From Dudresnaya verticillata (taxonomy: Eukaryota), in the NCBI GenBank assembly GCA_977862235.1, contig OZ374558.1, forward strand, positions 868,001 to 932,000: 64,000 nt of DNA. Reading direction: 5' to 3'. A model generated the notes under the pieces. It was given only the letters and a program-made list of their open reading frames with translations. It had not been told where the DNA came from and did not search any database. Position numbers and translations under genes: made by a program. Below, one piece after another: positions 21,127 to 33,428 of the stretch. Numbering within the stretch: position 1 is the first letter of the stretch; each line of letters begins with the position of its first letter.

Positions 21127-24100
21127 CTTTTCATTGTGTGTCAAACGCTTAGCTTTATATGGATGAAAAGACTCACTAGGGATAGTGAACGTTTCTGAGC
21201 GTCCCAAAGGAGTATCCTGGGTACTCTATATGGTTTGTAGAAATATGCCGCTGGGATTGATACACAATTTGTATGGTACCCAAATTGCAGGACACTGCAT
21301 TGGGTAATTACCAGAAATGGTATCCGCAACAGCGCCTCCCTCTATAGTTCCCTGGCAATACTCTACAGTGCCTATTGCACTGCCCTCGGGACTTCTGAAC
21401 GGTACTTAAGGGAGCGTGAAAGCGTTCCCTACAGAATACCGCAAGTTCATCCTTTCCCAAGAAGTTGGTAAAGGTGCTACGCTCATTTCGGAGTGGGAAC
21501 GTCTCAGACCGATGACCGAGAACTACGCCTTTTTACAGACAAAAATCAAGGATGCCGAACCCGAGGAGTACAGCAAGGTTCTTAATCACATCATGACCAA
21601 CAGTCTTGTTGGTCGTGCTCAGCTTTGGCCCCTGAGCGAGCTGGTCCAGCCGCACCACCCAAGTTATTTCAAGCCACAATCCAACTTCTATCGCGACACT
21701 CTTAAGAAACATCACCGGAATGGAGAGGAGCTCGAGTATATTCATAGCTCGGGCACCTGGTTGGAACAGTCGCTTGCCGCTCTGGAACTTTTCAGGTTGT
21801 GTACAAATCACTTTACGCACTTGAAAAGATCATATTGGGGACAGCGAGCAAGCCGAGCGTACTACAAATCAGAATGTACTGGACGCAGGCTGATTCTGGG
21901 TTGCACACTCGGGCTGGGTGGCAACTGCTGAGATTTGTTCCCCTGAGATCGGAAGCAATCCCGGTCTACTAGAGGAGCAGATGTTGGGCCACTTGAGCTG
22001 AGCCGCTAAGTTCTTTCCTTCGTTCTCATCCAGGTTGAGAACAAGGGATTTCCGTCGTTAGACAGGTGAACCACTGAAACCAAGGTCGGAACCCAACTCT
22101 TCCATATCTCCCCTTTCTATTTCGCCGGCAGACCCTACTGATTATGCTTCCCTTGTCAACCACCAGCTTGCTGCTGGTATGGTGGGGCGTAGGGCTTTAT
22201 GGCCTCGCTCAAGCCTCGTTCTTCCAAAAGAGGTCGGGTTCTTTAAGTCTGAGACTACTTTATATCTCGAGACTCATCGAAAGGACCGTCGCAACGCGAA
22301 AGAGCGCGAATATGTCCATTCGGCTGGTTGCTGGATTGAACAGTCCCTTGCCGCTCTCTCCCTACTGGTCAGCGAAACGGATACGGACAAACAGTCCCGC
22401 TTGCTCGGAATTCTCGAGGAGGGGCTCAATGGTGCGAGTGAGGTTCTCGCGATGCGTACCGCCCATTTCCAGACAGTACTAGCAAAGGGCCAGAGTCAGG
22501 CCAACCAGATTGCTGAACTTGTTGAAACCCGCGTCGAAGCGAAGCGGCATCAAGTCCCATCAGAAGCGTATGCAGATGTCTACCAGGAACTATCTGCAAA
22601 GTACGCCATCGAGACTGCAAAGAGCCTGGCGAAGGATGCTACCAACGGTAGCAAGAAGCCAGACCATAAGGGGTAATGTCACCGCGACAGAGCCCGGTTC
22701 AAGTTCACTGGGGCCAAGCCCGGTGGGCCGGAACTCGACGAAGAGCGCGGAATTGCGAGCAAATCCGCGCGTCCGCCTTTGTCATCCGCACTCTGATGTT
22801 CGGAGTGTGGGACCCTCCCCAGCGCCCGTTCACCACCGGACGGGAGCTTCCAGAGATCCCTCAAAGCCCAAAAGACCTCTCTTTTGGACGGAAGGAGCTG
22901 CGAGAGGGGTGTGACATCGGGACTTACCAACAGGTGAGTTCCGAGCATGCACAGAATCAACTCAAACGCGGCTTCCTAGTGTCAAGCTCTTTCGTGACCT
23001 GGCATCAGGAGAAGCCTCGATTCATCATAAATCTCAAAGAGTAGAGCACTCATTGGGACAAGAAATCTGCGCGCATGGAGACGCTATCCGCATTCGGGTC
23101 TTGCCTGTGTCCCGGGGACCACCTTTTGTCCTTCGACTGGTCCTCGGGATACAGGCATTTTGTACTACACCAGCGGATGTGGGACTGATTTCTATTTCGG
23201 TACGATGGTGGGTACTACCGTTGTATTGCTCTACCGTTCGGATGGACGGCATCACCATTCTGGTTTGTCAAGCTCCTAAGTCCTCTTGCCCGCTACATGC
23301 GCGACGAACTTTCTCTGCGCGTTTTAGTATGGTTGGACGACTATCTCATCGCACCAGGGGACGGAAGCAGACCCAGTACCGCATCAGACTGTGCAATGGT
23401 ATCGGAAAAGCTGGACCGTCTCTTCGAGAAATTAGGAATGGTACGACATCCGGCCAAGGGCGTGTGGGGAACCGGTACTACACGTATCGAGAATTTGGGT
23501 CTCGTCATAGATACTGTGTCGGTCAGGTATTTTATCTCCCCTCCCAAGCTCTTGCAGCTTCAGAAAATGGCCAGTTTGCTACTCAGGACGGCTCGGCAGA
23601 GAAGTCCCTGGGTTCGGGAGAATGTCTTGGAAAGCTTTTGCGGAAAGGCTTCTCTCAGCTTATTCCCCTTCCCCTTGCACGCTTCTTCACTCGCAGCTTG
23701 TACGACGCTCTGAAGGACGACGCGCAGCGACGTGGGCGCTACCCAGAGCGTACAGTGAAGCTGAGCCATGCGGGACTCAGGAACCTGCAATCTTGGGCAA
23801 CCATGTTGGCGGGCGACGGTCGGCTGATTGGCGGAGGCCAGCCGGCTTGGTGCCTGCACACCGATGCTGCCGATGTTGGCTACGGTGCAACGCTCGGACG
23901 CGATATGCAAGCCGGCTCGCCAGGGGAAATCGAGGTACAAGGCATCTGGTCCCCATTCCTCAGGCTAAGGTCTATTACTCTTCGGGAACTTATCGCTGTT
24001 CGCATGGCTCTACAAGACGCAATGGTACAGGCTCGCCTGTCGGGCGATCAGTCTATGCTGCTCCTACAGATAGACAATATGGCTGTCCTTCATATAATTT

Positions 24101-27100
24101 TGAACATGGTTTCCGCAAAGAGGGAACTTATGGAAGAACTCCGTCTGCTACACCGGTTGCTCGTCCAAATGAAGGTAACGATCCGAGCCGAATGGCTCCC
24201 CTTGGCTTTGAACCGACACGCGGACACGTTGAGCCGGACTTGGAACCCCAGAGACCTCCGGGTGACGCCCTTATTGCTGCAATCCGTCGCGACTTCGCTC
24301 CAATTACAAGTCGTGCGGCGTTACTGGCCTCTCGGGGAGGCCCCAATCGCCCGTCGCAAGGTAATAGTCGCCCAGTTCGGCGAGCACTGGGGCGACGGGA
24401 AGAGCCGGCTATGGAACTCCCCACCGCCATGGATCAACGCTACGCTTCTGAAAATCCGGGCGGAGGGCGCTCACGGCGTCATCTTGGTGCCCCACTGGAC
24501 GGGAGCGCCCTGGTTCGGCTTACTGTGTCAGCTATTGCTCAGCAGCCGCGTCATCAGCCACGCTCCCGGCCATCCGCTCTTTACTTCCGAACGCGCCAAC
24601 CCCGCTTGGGGACTACTATTGGCAGAAGTAGGGACACAGCTGGCCAAGCACTGCAACCGAGGATCGCTACTCTCGTCCCTTCCACCTCCGCGGGAAGAGC
24701 TGCGGTCACCTTAGCGGGGTACGGAGTGGCGCCCTCCACTGATCGGACGAAAACCAGTCAATGGCGGAAGTTCCAACGCTTTTGCGCGCGGAATGGCCAT
24801 CGCGACCTTCCGGCTCATGTGGGTACTGTGCTAGCGCACGTGGGATTCTTGTTCGAAGATCGTATACATGGACGTTCAGTATATCACTACATTTCGTCCA
24901 TCCGCACGATGCATAAGCGCCAAGGTCTTCAGGATCCACTCCATGGTAACCCTCACTCCGACCTCTTGCGCGCATTTCGCTATCAAGATGACCAGCGTGG
25001 CGAGCTTTCGGATGTTCGCGCAGCACTGCCAGCCGCAATTGTCTTCCGCATTCGACAGATGGGACTGCCAGCGCTTCCAGGTTCTCTCGAGGAACATCAG
25101 GCTGCGTTGGTGGAGTTCCAGTTCTTGATTTCGTGGAGAGAAAACTCCGTCCGTACAGTTCATGTTCAAGACGTCCATTGTGCTGTCAATGGTAACGCCA
25201 TCACTCTAACTGCTCGTTCGCGTTCGCTCAAAGGGCGACTGATCAGCGGTGTTGGCGCCTGCTCCCTGACCTGCAGGCATAGTCCACCTGCATTTGCCTC
25301 CAGAAACCCTCTGGCCCTACAGCGTCGATATTTTACTCTCCGTCAGCGTTCTTCAGATCCTGACGATCTCTACTGGGCGCACCCGGGCCTCGCGCTACGC
25401 CCTCAAGTTGTTTGAGCTGCCCTAGCGGCATGTATTACGGCTTTAAAAGTTGTTGCGCCTCCTTTCTCTTCATATACTTCGCACAGCCTTCGCAGTGGAA
25501 GTGTTACAGCGCAAGTCCTCCTTGGTGTACCACTTCCGGTTATCACTACTCCAGGGGCTGGCGTAGTAGCACTATGGTGGTCAACGTTTACTATGATTCA
25601 CGTCTGCACCTGTCGACGGAAATGAATCTTTACTTCTGGTCACTGCGGGAGCCTACCACATCCTCGTTCCCGTCCCCTCCGTAAGCTTCGCAGGATCAAG
25701 GTACTGTCCTCGCTCCGGTACCGGATTTTCAGGTTGTGTACAAATCACTTTACGCACTTGAAAAGATCATATTGGGGACAGCGAGCAAGCCGAGCGTACT
25801 ACAAATCAGAATGTACTGGACGCAGGCTGATTCTGGGTTGCACACTCAGGCTGGGTGGCAACTGCTGAGATTTGTTCCCCTGAGATCGGAAGCAATCCCG
25901 GTCTACTAGGGGAGCAGATGTTGTGCCACCTGAGCCGAGCCGCTAAGTTCTTTCCTTCGTTCTCCCACCCACCCTCCCACGCTCTTTTCCTTCAAATTCT
26001 TTCCTTCGTTTATTACCACTTCACAATACGAAGAAGTGTTCTAGTCTCTATCTTCTACATTCTACTGGCATACAAGCCACTTTGGGTTAGTCATTGTTTT
26101 GGTGATTACTACTTCCTCCGAATAAAGTAATCATTTCCTTTTCAAGTCCAGTTCAGATGCACAGGAGCAAGGTCGCTTGCTTTCCATCCTCGAGGAGTCA
26201 ATCCGCGCCAGCAAGGAGATCCTCGCAATGCGTACATCGCACTTTCATGCGATTCCCACGAAAGGCCCTGCTCATGCCGCCTCCTTGTCGATCTCGTCGA
26301 GTCCAAGGTCGAGGGAAAGCATTCTCAAGATCCTTCCTCCATTTATGCCGACGTCTACACGGAGCGCGCTGCAAAGTATGTCAACAAGGCGGTTCAAGGA
26401 ATTGCTCGTAACACGGTCTCATCCAAGGAGGGTGGGTTCGGCCAATAATGGACACGCACGGGCAATCACGCCCAGGTTCCTGGTCACAGGCACGTTGGGC
26501 ATTTACTGCGAGACAAGCCAAGGAATGGTCCCGCATTGGAGCATCCTGTTTCGTTACCCGGATGTTAACTTTTGGAATTTGGGATCCTCCGCAACGGCCA
26601 TTCTTGGAAGGCGCGGTACTGCCTACCATACCACAATCAAAGGAGGATCTAGAATTTGCAAGATCGGAGTTGGGGGAAGGATTCCGTGTTGGTACGTACC
26701 AAATAGTTTCCGAAGCGTATGCAAGGGAAAGGGTGCGCCGAGGTTGCTACGTTTCCTCCGCCTTTGTCGAATGGGGCTCTGGCAAAGGACGCTTCGTAAT
26801 CAACCTAAAGCGGCAATCCTCCGATTAGGACAAAAGGTCTGTTGCTATGGAATCCCTCGGTTTATTTGCTTCTTGCCTGGTGCCAGGAGATCACATCCTG
26901 TCATTCGACTGGAAAAGTGACTATCGCCATTTCAGACTCCACTCCCGCATGTGGGATTGGTTCTTGTTTCGCTACGACGGCCACTTTTATCGCTGTATTG
27001 CTCTATCGTTTGGCTGGACGAGGTCTCCGTACTGGTTTTGTCACCTTTTAAGTCCACTAACAAGGTACATGCGCTCCGCATTACAGTGCCGAGTACTCCA

Positions 27101-28790
27101 ATGGATATACGATTATCTCTTGGTCCCCGGCATCGGTCCTTCTCCAAGTATTGCTACAAACTGTCAAGATATCGCATCGATATTGGATGCACTTTTCCAA
27201 CGACTGGGTTTGTAGAGACATCCAGAAAAATGTGTTTGGGGATATGGTGCCACCCGCATCTCACACTTAGGAGTAACAATAGACACCGAAGCATTCCGGT
27301 ATTTTGTAACCGAAGAGAAGCTGAGCAAACTTCAAGATCATGCATTAGCTTTGCTGAAAGCAGCCTCCGAAGGTTCGCGGTGGGTACGGGAGCGGTCTCT
27401 AGCAGAATATACAGGCCGGGCTATCTCACAACTACTCCCCATTCCACTCGCCCGGTTTTTCACGCGTGGCTTGTACGACGATATGAAAAATGCAAACCTC
27501 GGGGTGGAAAGTACCCGGAGCACAGTGTACGGTTATCAAACGCTGTGGTACGCGATCTCAAGTCCTGGAAGCACATGCTTCAAGGAGACGGCAGATTGAT
27601 AGGCGGCGGCACTCCAAATTGGAATCTGCACACCGACGCTGCCGACTTCGGATTTGGGGGAACCTTAGGGAGAGATATGGCGGCCGGTTCCCCCGGAGAA
27701 GTGGAGGTGCAAGGCGTGTGTTCTCCATTATTGCGCTTGAAATCGATCACCAACCGAGCGTTATTGGCGGTTCGTCTCGCGCTGCAGTCCGACCTCGTAA
27801 AAGCTCGAGTCTCCGGTTCCCACGCCAAGCTTCTCCTGTACGTAGACAACATGGCCGTCTTTTATATTATCAACAACATGGTTTCTAGTGCACCGGAACT
27901 AATGGACGATCTACGGGCACTTCACCAAGTTCTGCACGATATGAAAGTCACAATACGCGCTGTATGGCTTCCTTCGGCTGTCAACAAGCATGCGGATCGC
28001 CTCAGCCGAACATGGAATCCGAAGGACTTAAAGGCGACTCCTTCACTGATGCAATCGTTGCAGGAATCCTTGCAGCTTCAGCGGGTGCGGCGGTTTTGGC
28101 CACTAGGGGACGCTCCGGCGGCTCGAGCGACGGTCATGAAGGCGCCATATGGCGGTGTTCTGGAGAGACGGTTGCAGCCGGCTCTGGAATCCTCCCCCAG
28201 TGGATCACAACCACACTCCTGAAGATAGAAGCAGAACAGGCTCACGGCGTTGTGGTGGTTCCACACTGGACGGGAGCCAGCTGGTACAATCTGTTGCGTC
28301 GCGTTTGCCTATCGTCACGCGTGGTACGATCTACAGAGGGTCCCCTCTTTGACTCCGCATCCGTGCACCCCACTTGGGATCTCGAGCTGGTAGAAGTCGG
28401 ACCCAGCACAGGATGCAGTCCAAACTTCAATCGAAGCTCAGCTCCCTCAAGATTCCATTGCGCGTGCCAGCCGAGGACTAGCAGCGTCTGCCATTGCCTC
28501 CTCAACAGGAGCTGCGAAATCAAGCCAGTGGAAGAAATTTGCTTTGTTCTGTTTAGAGTAAGATCTCACGGCGCTCCCTGCAGCACATGGATCCATCCTC
28601 GCATATGTCGGATTCCTATTCGAGGAAGGTCGTGTACATGGGACCTCTATTGACCATTATCTCTCGGCTATTCGTACGCGTCACACCCGTGACGGCTTTC
28701 AAGATCCGTGTCAAGGCCCTGCCCTGCAGGACCTTTTGCGGGCGTTCAAGCGGGAGGATGACGGGCGAGGAACTCTACAGGATGTTCAGG
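21127..28790 (+). mobile_element. DIRS/PAT-like element 'C', degraded, split in gag by element B and truncated in YR
   Basis: Starts CTTTTCATTGTGTGTCAA; gag ...EQSLAALELF (21794) resumes KSSSDAQEQGRLLSILEE at 26145; pol 26448-28480 with frameshifts; YR N-terminus to ~28790. Confidence 0.88.
21788..26144 (+). mobile_element. Full-length but decayed DIRS/PAT-like element 'B' nested in the gag of element C
   Basis: 239-bp direct repeats 21789-22027 and 25726-25964; gag to 22676; pol 22676-24714 (WLDD, HTDAA, LWNSPP); YR ~24600-25684 (SWRE, HSLRSG); CTTTTCA at both ends (21788-21794, 26138-26144); AATAAA at 26121. Confidence 0.92.
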
Positions 28791-28991
28791 ATGCGGGGGA
28801 AAGTGTTGAGGCTGCTCGAGGCGGCCGCCGGGGTCGGGGCGGCAGGGAACGCGGTCGGGGCAGACGAGGGAGGGGGCGGGGAGGCCGGGGAGGCCGTGGA
28901 GGTCGCGGAGGTCGCGGAGGGCGTCGTAGCGTCTACAACTATGATGACCCATCAAAAGGCTGGAGGCTTCACTCGCCCAGCCAGGGCATAG

Positions 28992-29405
28992 TGTAAGGAA
29001 GTACCTTTTAGGTCTCTTGTGAACTTAAAAAGTGCACTCAATGAGAAAGCCACAGAGCGGGTACCTGGTAGCGGTGTTAGAGCGGGAGGAGCCCAGAGGG
29101 TAGACGAGGGCACGTAACTTGATAGGAAGCACGATACTGAAGGTATTTCACTGGGCGGGCGGTTAACCGGGCACGGGTGACAGGTGTGCTGCGGTGCCGA
29201 GAGCTTGGAGATGTAGTTGGGGCCGGAAGGTGCTTTCCTTTACTGTACAGTGACCGCTACGGGAGATACCCTTATATGGTACTCCGACTGTCAGGTAGCA
29301 CCCCTCATACTGGGCTATATACAGGCCCCCTATCCTACGCTATAATTTCTAAAATAAATAGACAGATACTAAGCTACTGACCTACAGGGAGACACTTGGA
29401 CCAAT
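28992..29405 (+). mobile_element. Solo-LTR-like insertion in the piggyBac-like ORF
   Basis: TGTAAG...CCTACA (to 29386) plus 19 bp; 5-bp TSD CATAG; TATA-like CTATATA and AATAAA on +; removal rejoins the RGG frame to ORF 29596-30333. Confidence 0.7.
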
Positions 29406-30886
29406 CATAGACTACCCGTCATGTCCCTGTTGGCGTCCTATAGGTAACGCTATTTCAGCGCATACACGAGGGCAGAGGGCCCACTTCTGTAAGCCCTTCA
29501 CTGTATTACACATAGCTCTTGAGCAGGACTTTTCAAATACTGTTATCGCAGAGAGCGCAAGGCTATTCTGCTCCTCTGATCTTTCCTGGCTTGACGTGGA
29601 GATGCGCGCAGGCAATGTTAACGACAGAAAGGTGGGTATCATGGTGCTCATCATGGAGGAGGCACTTCAGCTTTGTCTAAAATGGCTGAACGGGCACATC
29701 GCCTTGCATGATCCTGGTAGGAGGCCTGTGGGGATGCCAGACATGTATCGGTATGTCGCCGTTATGCTTTTATCACACCTGTGCGGGATTACCCTGGAGA
29801 AGGCGCTGGATGTTCTCCCTCGATTGGACTGCAATTTGCCTCCAGCCGACAGAATTTGGTTCATAAGCCAGAACATTCTCGCGTACCCTGCGACGGGCCG
29901 CGGTAATATGGGGGACGAGGTCTGGAGCTCGCAAAGGGACGCTACGTCGCGTCTGGACCCGTTTGAGAAGACGGCTTCCCACATGTCTCGGAACATCTTT
30001 TTAACTCCTGCCCACACAATTGTGACGCTTGATGACGATCTTTATGGCACGCGCTCGAAAGACAACCAAGTTAAGACCTTGAGCGCTCGGAAGGCGGACC
30101 GGGAGGGTCACGCGGCCGATGTCGTATCGGATGCGCTTTTCCAGCTGACGTATGCGGTGAGATTCCGGCGGAGAGGGCAGTCGCAGTCTGATAATGTGGA
30201 GAAACTTCTCGACGTCTTAATGGAAGGAAGCGGGAGCACTCAATTCATGGTATGGTGGCTACAGCTGACCGCGGCTACGGCTCTATGTCACTATTGCGGA
30301 GTATGCTTCGTCTCGGAGTGGGGGCAATTCTAATTATGCCTCAGCATCTACTGCGGTGCCATCCCTTTGTCGGCGCTTCTCATTTCTCGGTGACAAGAGT
30401 GGACGACAACGAAGATGTACCTCCGAATGGCAGGGAGGAGGAAGGAGGGGTTGAGAGCGAGACGTCGAGCAGTGACGAGCCTGACAGCGGCCCGCAGCTT
30501 TCGAGCGCGTATCCCACTGACGCGGCAGATCGGGAACCGGAGCCTGTGAACGACGGCGAGAATACGCTGGCACGTCTTCCGGCCGCTGTGTATGACCAAA
30601 AGGCTGCATTTGTCGTGAGGGATGAGCCCGGCGTCGGCTTCGGAAGCTTCTTTGCGAAGCGGAGCTTGAAGCTATCCGCGGGTGGTGGGCCAGCCAATGG
30701 CGTCGCAAAGAGGTCGCAGGTGATGGCGGTCGCAGTTCGAGAGCGTGGTACGCCCCATTTCAGCAAAGTGTTGAGGTTTTTGTACCCTACCCCGTCATCT
30801 TTATCCAAATCAATCGAGACTTGGTTCGCTGTTTCGCGCAGCCACGCGCACGAGAAAGAGCTACTATTCGCAAAGACTCTCGGTTA

Positions 30887-30976
30887 AGCCGCATCTGATC
30901 CCTTGGCGGACGCAAGCAGTCCGAGAGCAGGAGCCGCATCTGATCCCTTGGCGGACGCAAGCAGTCCGAGAGCAGG
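30887..30976. repeat. 45-bp tandem duplication
   Basis: AGCCGCATCTGATCCCTTGGCGGACGCAAGCAGTCCGAGAGCAGG twice. Confidence 0.95.
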
Positions 30977-33200
30977 TATTGAGAGCACGGTACTCAGAAA
31001 CTGTACTGTGCCTACAAAAGGGCAGAGGTGCGCAGATTGGTTCATCATGCGACAATTCCGCGTTATAGGCACCATCCCTGGCAGGATTATGCTCGCCGAT
31101 AACAATGTCCGAGTACTGCTGGGATACCCGCCGCATCCTGACCCACCCCCGGATGAGACGGCGATGCTCAAGGCCTTAGTGCAGTCATGGTTCTCCGGAG
31201 CAAGATCCACCGAGGCGATGATGCGCGGAACCGCGAATGCGTCTGACGTTCTCGGAGCTGTATGCAACAAAGATTTTATCGTGGCCGCGTTCAAGTGTGG
31301 AATGGTAGCGCGGAAAGACGCCGACTGGCTGGCCTGTTCACCGGATGCTGTGGCGCTTATTGACGCGAACGCGCTCGGTCTGTCGGACAGCAGCGAGCCT
31401 CAGCTTGCATCTGTGGAGATTAAGACACGTGGAGCAGCTTCAAGCTCGGAAAGATATCTTTCCAATACGACGACGGATGTGAAGACCTGTGTGGTCGGCG
31501 ATGCAGACTTTCAGAATCTAATTCCCCGCAAGCACTGTGGACAGCTACTGCAGCAGGCCGTTGTGTTGTCTGCTGAGTACGTCGTTTACATAGCGGCAGG
31601 AGAGACAGGAATTTTATTCGCCGCTGTGGTCAAAGTTGCGACGGCCGTTTCTGAGCAGTGTCTGGTCACGCTGAATCTAGGTGCAGTGCAGGCAGTGTCG
31701 TGGGCGCACTGCAGCGATGCGAGCGTCCCAGCATTCGCAGACTCGGACTCACGTCGTGTAATTCAGGAGCGTCTGTCGTTTTGGAAGGTCGTCAATACCT
31801 GCGTGAAGGAAAATGGGCCACTTCCGCCACTCAAGCTGTTCAAGCACGGTTCTCAATCTCTGTACTCAAAAACCAAAGGTGGGGTTGACGGCGGCACTCA
31901 ATACCGCGCCACACTGCGCTCGTCATCGTCCGTCCTGAATTGGGAGCAGAAACTAGTATCTCAGACTCTCAAGAATTTGGCCGTGAATGCTTTCATCTCG
32001 TGGCGAATGCGCCAGCGGAGTGATCTTCTGGAAAGCATGCACACGTTTGGTGGAGTTGACAAGTTCCGAACTGCTCTGAACAAGGTTCAGTCCCTCGGAG
32101 ACTTCATCTTTAAAGTCTGTCCCGAGCTGTTGCGGCACGCGGGCCGAATCGCAACAGAGAGAGATGCGTCAGAGACCCCAACGCTGAGACGGTCGACCTC
32201 GATAACGCGACAGGAGCCCGCTTGCTGAAGCTGGACAACAGCGAAAAGGAAATCGCGTTGAATTCTTCAACACGAAAGACGGCATGACGATCCGCCTGGC
32301 GATGCAGCCACACTTGCAAAGATTTGTCAAGAAAAGGAGCACTGCGCACTATACGGCTCAGGGCCGGAGAGACGTCGAAGCGAAGTCATGTGCAGTACAT
32401 ATAACGTTCACCTTTGCGTACGCGTGGCGAAAGATAAGCGGAAATCGTGTTGGACAAAATGGCACGAGACCAGACGCCTCGAGGCAGGGTGATCCGACGC
32501 GTCTCCTCGCGTGGAGAATCGTAGCCGTAGAGTTGAGAATCCTCTTCCATGCGCCAGCCCAGGGGCAAAGACTCGAAGCGGAGGCCGCGGAGGAGCTTCT
32601 TCTGTTAGAGCTCCGGAAACTGCCGCTGAGACTCAGCCTGCTGTAACACCTGTCCCTGCTCCAAAGCGAAGACGCATAGGTGTCGTGCGTCGCGCATCAC
32701 TATCTAACCATGCACGCCGCGGAGGAGCTTCTTCTGGCAGAGCTCCTGAAAACGCAGATGAAATTGAGCCTGTCCCAGCTCAAACGCGCCGTCGCGCAAG
32801 TGTCGGGCGTCGTGCGACGTTATCTCACCGTAAAGGTCAGGAAGGAGCTCCTTCTGGCAGGGATACTGATACGGACGAGATTGGGCAAGACCGAACTCAA
32901 GAGCGCAAGAGAGTAGGCGCACAAGTCGCGTCGGCGAGTCCTACGTCTTTATCTGAGTTTTTAAAGTGTGCCAGCGGTTGTGGGTGCGATCCCCAGCTAT
33001 CCCAAGTGGATGCTGCTCACAAGTGTGAGAAGTGCGGACAGCCGGTGCATGGATTTTGCATTCGCGCACCTGATGGCTCCATAGGCAGTGAGAAGTACGA
33101 GGGGTCTGGAATGGGGGGATTCTGCAAGCCGTGCTCGCTGCAGGCGACTCCTACAACTCAATGACACACTTTACCTAGTAAGCAGACCCAAAGCAACCTG

Positions 33201-33428
33201 AAATGGACACTGTAGTGTCCATTTGGCCAAATTTGCCTTTCCTGATACCCAAATAGCTCCAACCTCGAAGCGATCGTAGAGCAGGTAAACGTTTCCCATA
33301 CGGCCTGAAAATTGGTCCAGTGATAGGTGTACACATCTGCAGTATCATACGTGAAGCATATGGTCGCCGTGGTAGATCTCGCTGAACTACACACTCTCAA
33401 AGGTCAATGGACACTACAGTGTACATTT
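33201..33428. repeat. Pair of self-palindromic ~27-bp motifs in inverted orientation; candidate transposon end or MITE
   Basis: AAATGGACACTGTAGTGTCCATTTGGCC (33201-33228) and GGTCAATGGACACTACAGTGTACATTT (33402-33428). Confidence 0.7.

Larger units (their letters stand above)
28790..33164 (+). pseudogene. piggyBac-like DDD transposase with N-terminal RGG tract, an inserted YqaJ/lambda-exonuclease domain and C-terminal Cys-rich fingers; broken by frameshifts, a stop and an LTR
   Basis: TLDDD (~30031), TADRGY (~30267), YSKTKGGVD..TQ (~31887); YqaJ motifs QRCADW...R, MMRG, WLACSPD, VEIKT, QLLQQ (~31017-31590); alternate-frame HCAL.G...MCST.NVHLC...SCWTKWH (~32340-32465); terminal CEKCGQPVHGFC...CKPC. 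Confidence 0.8.
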
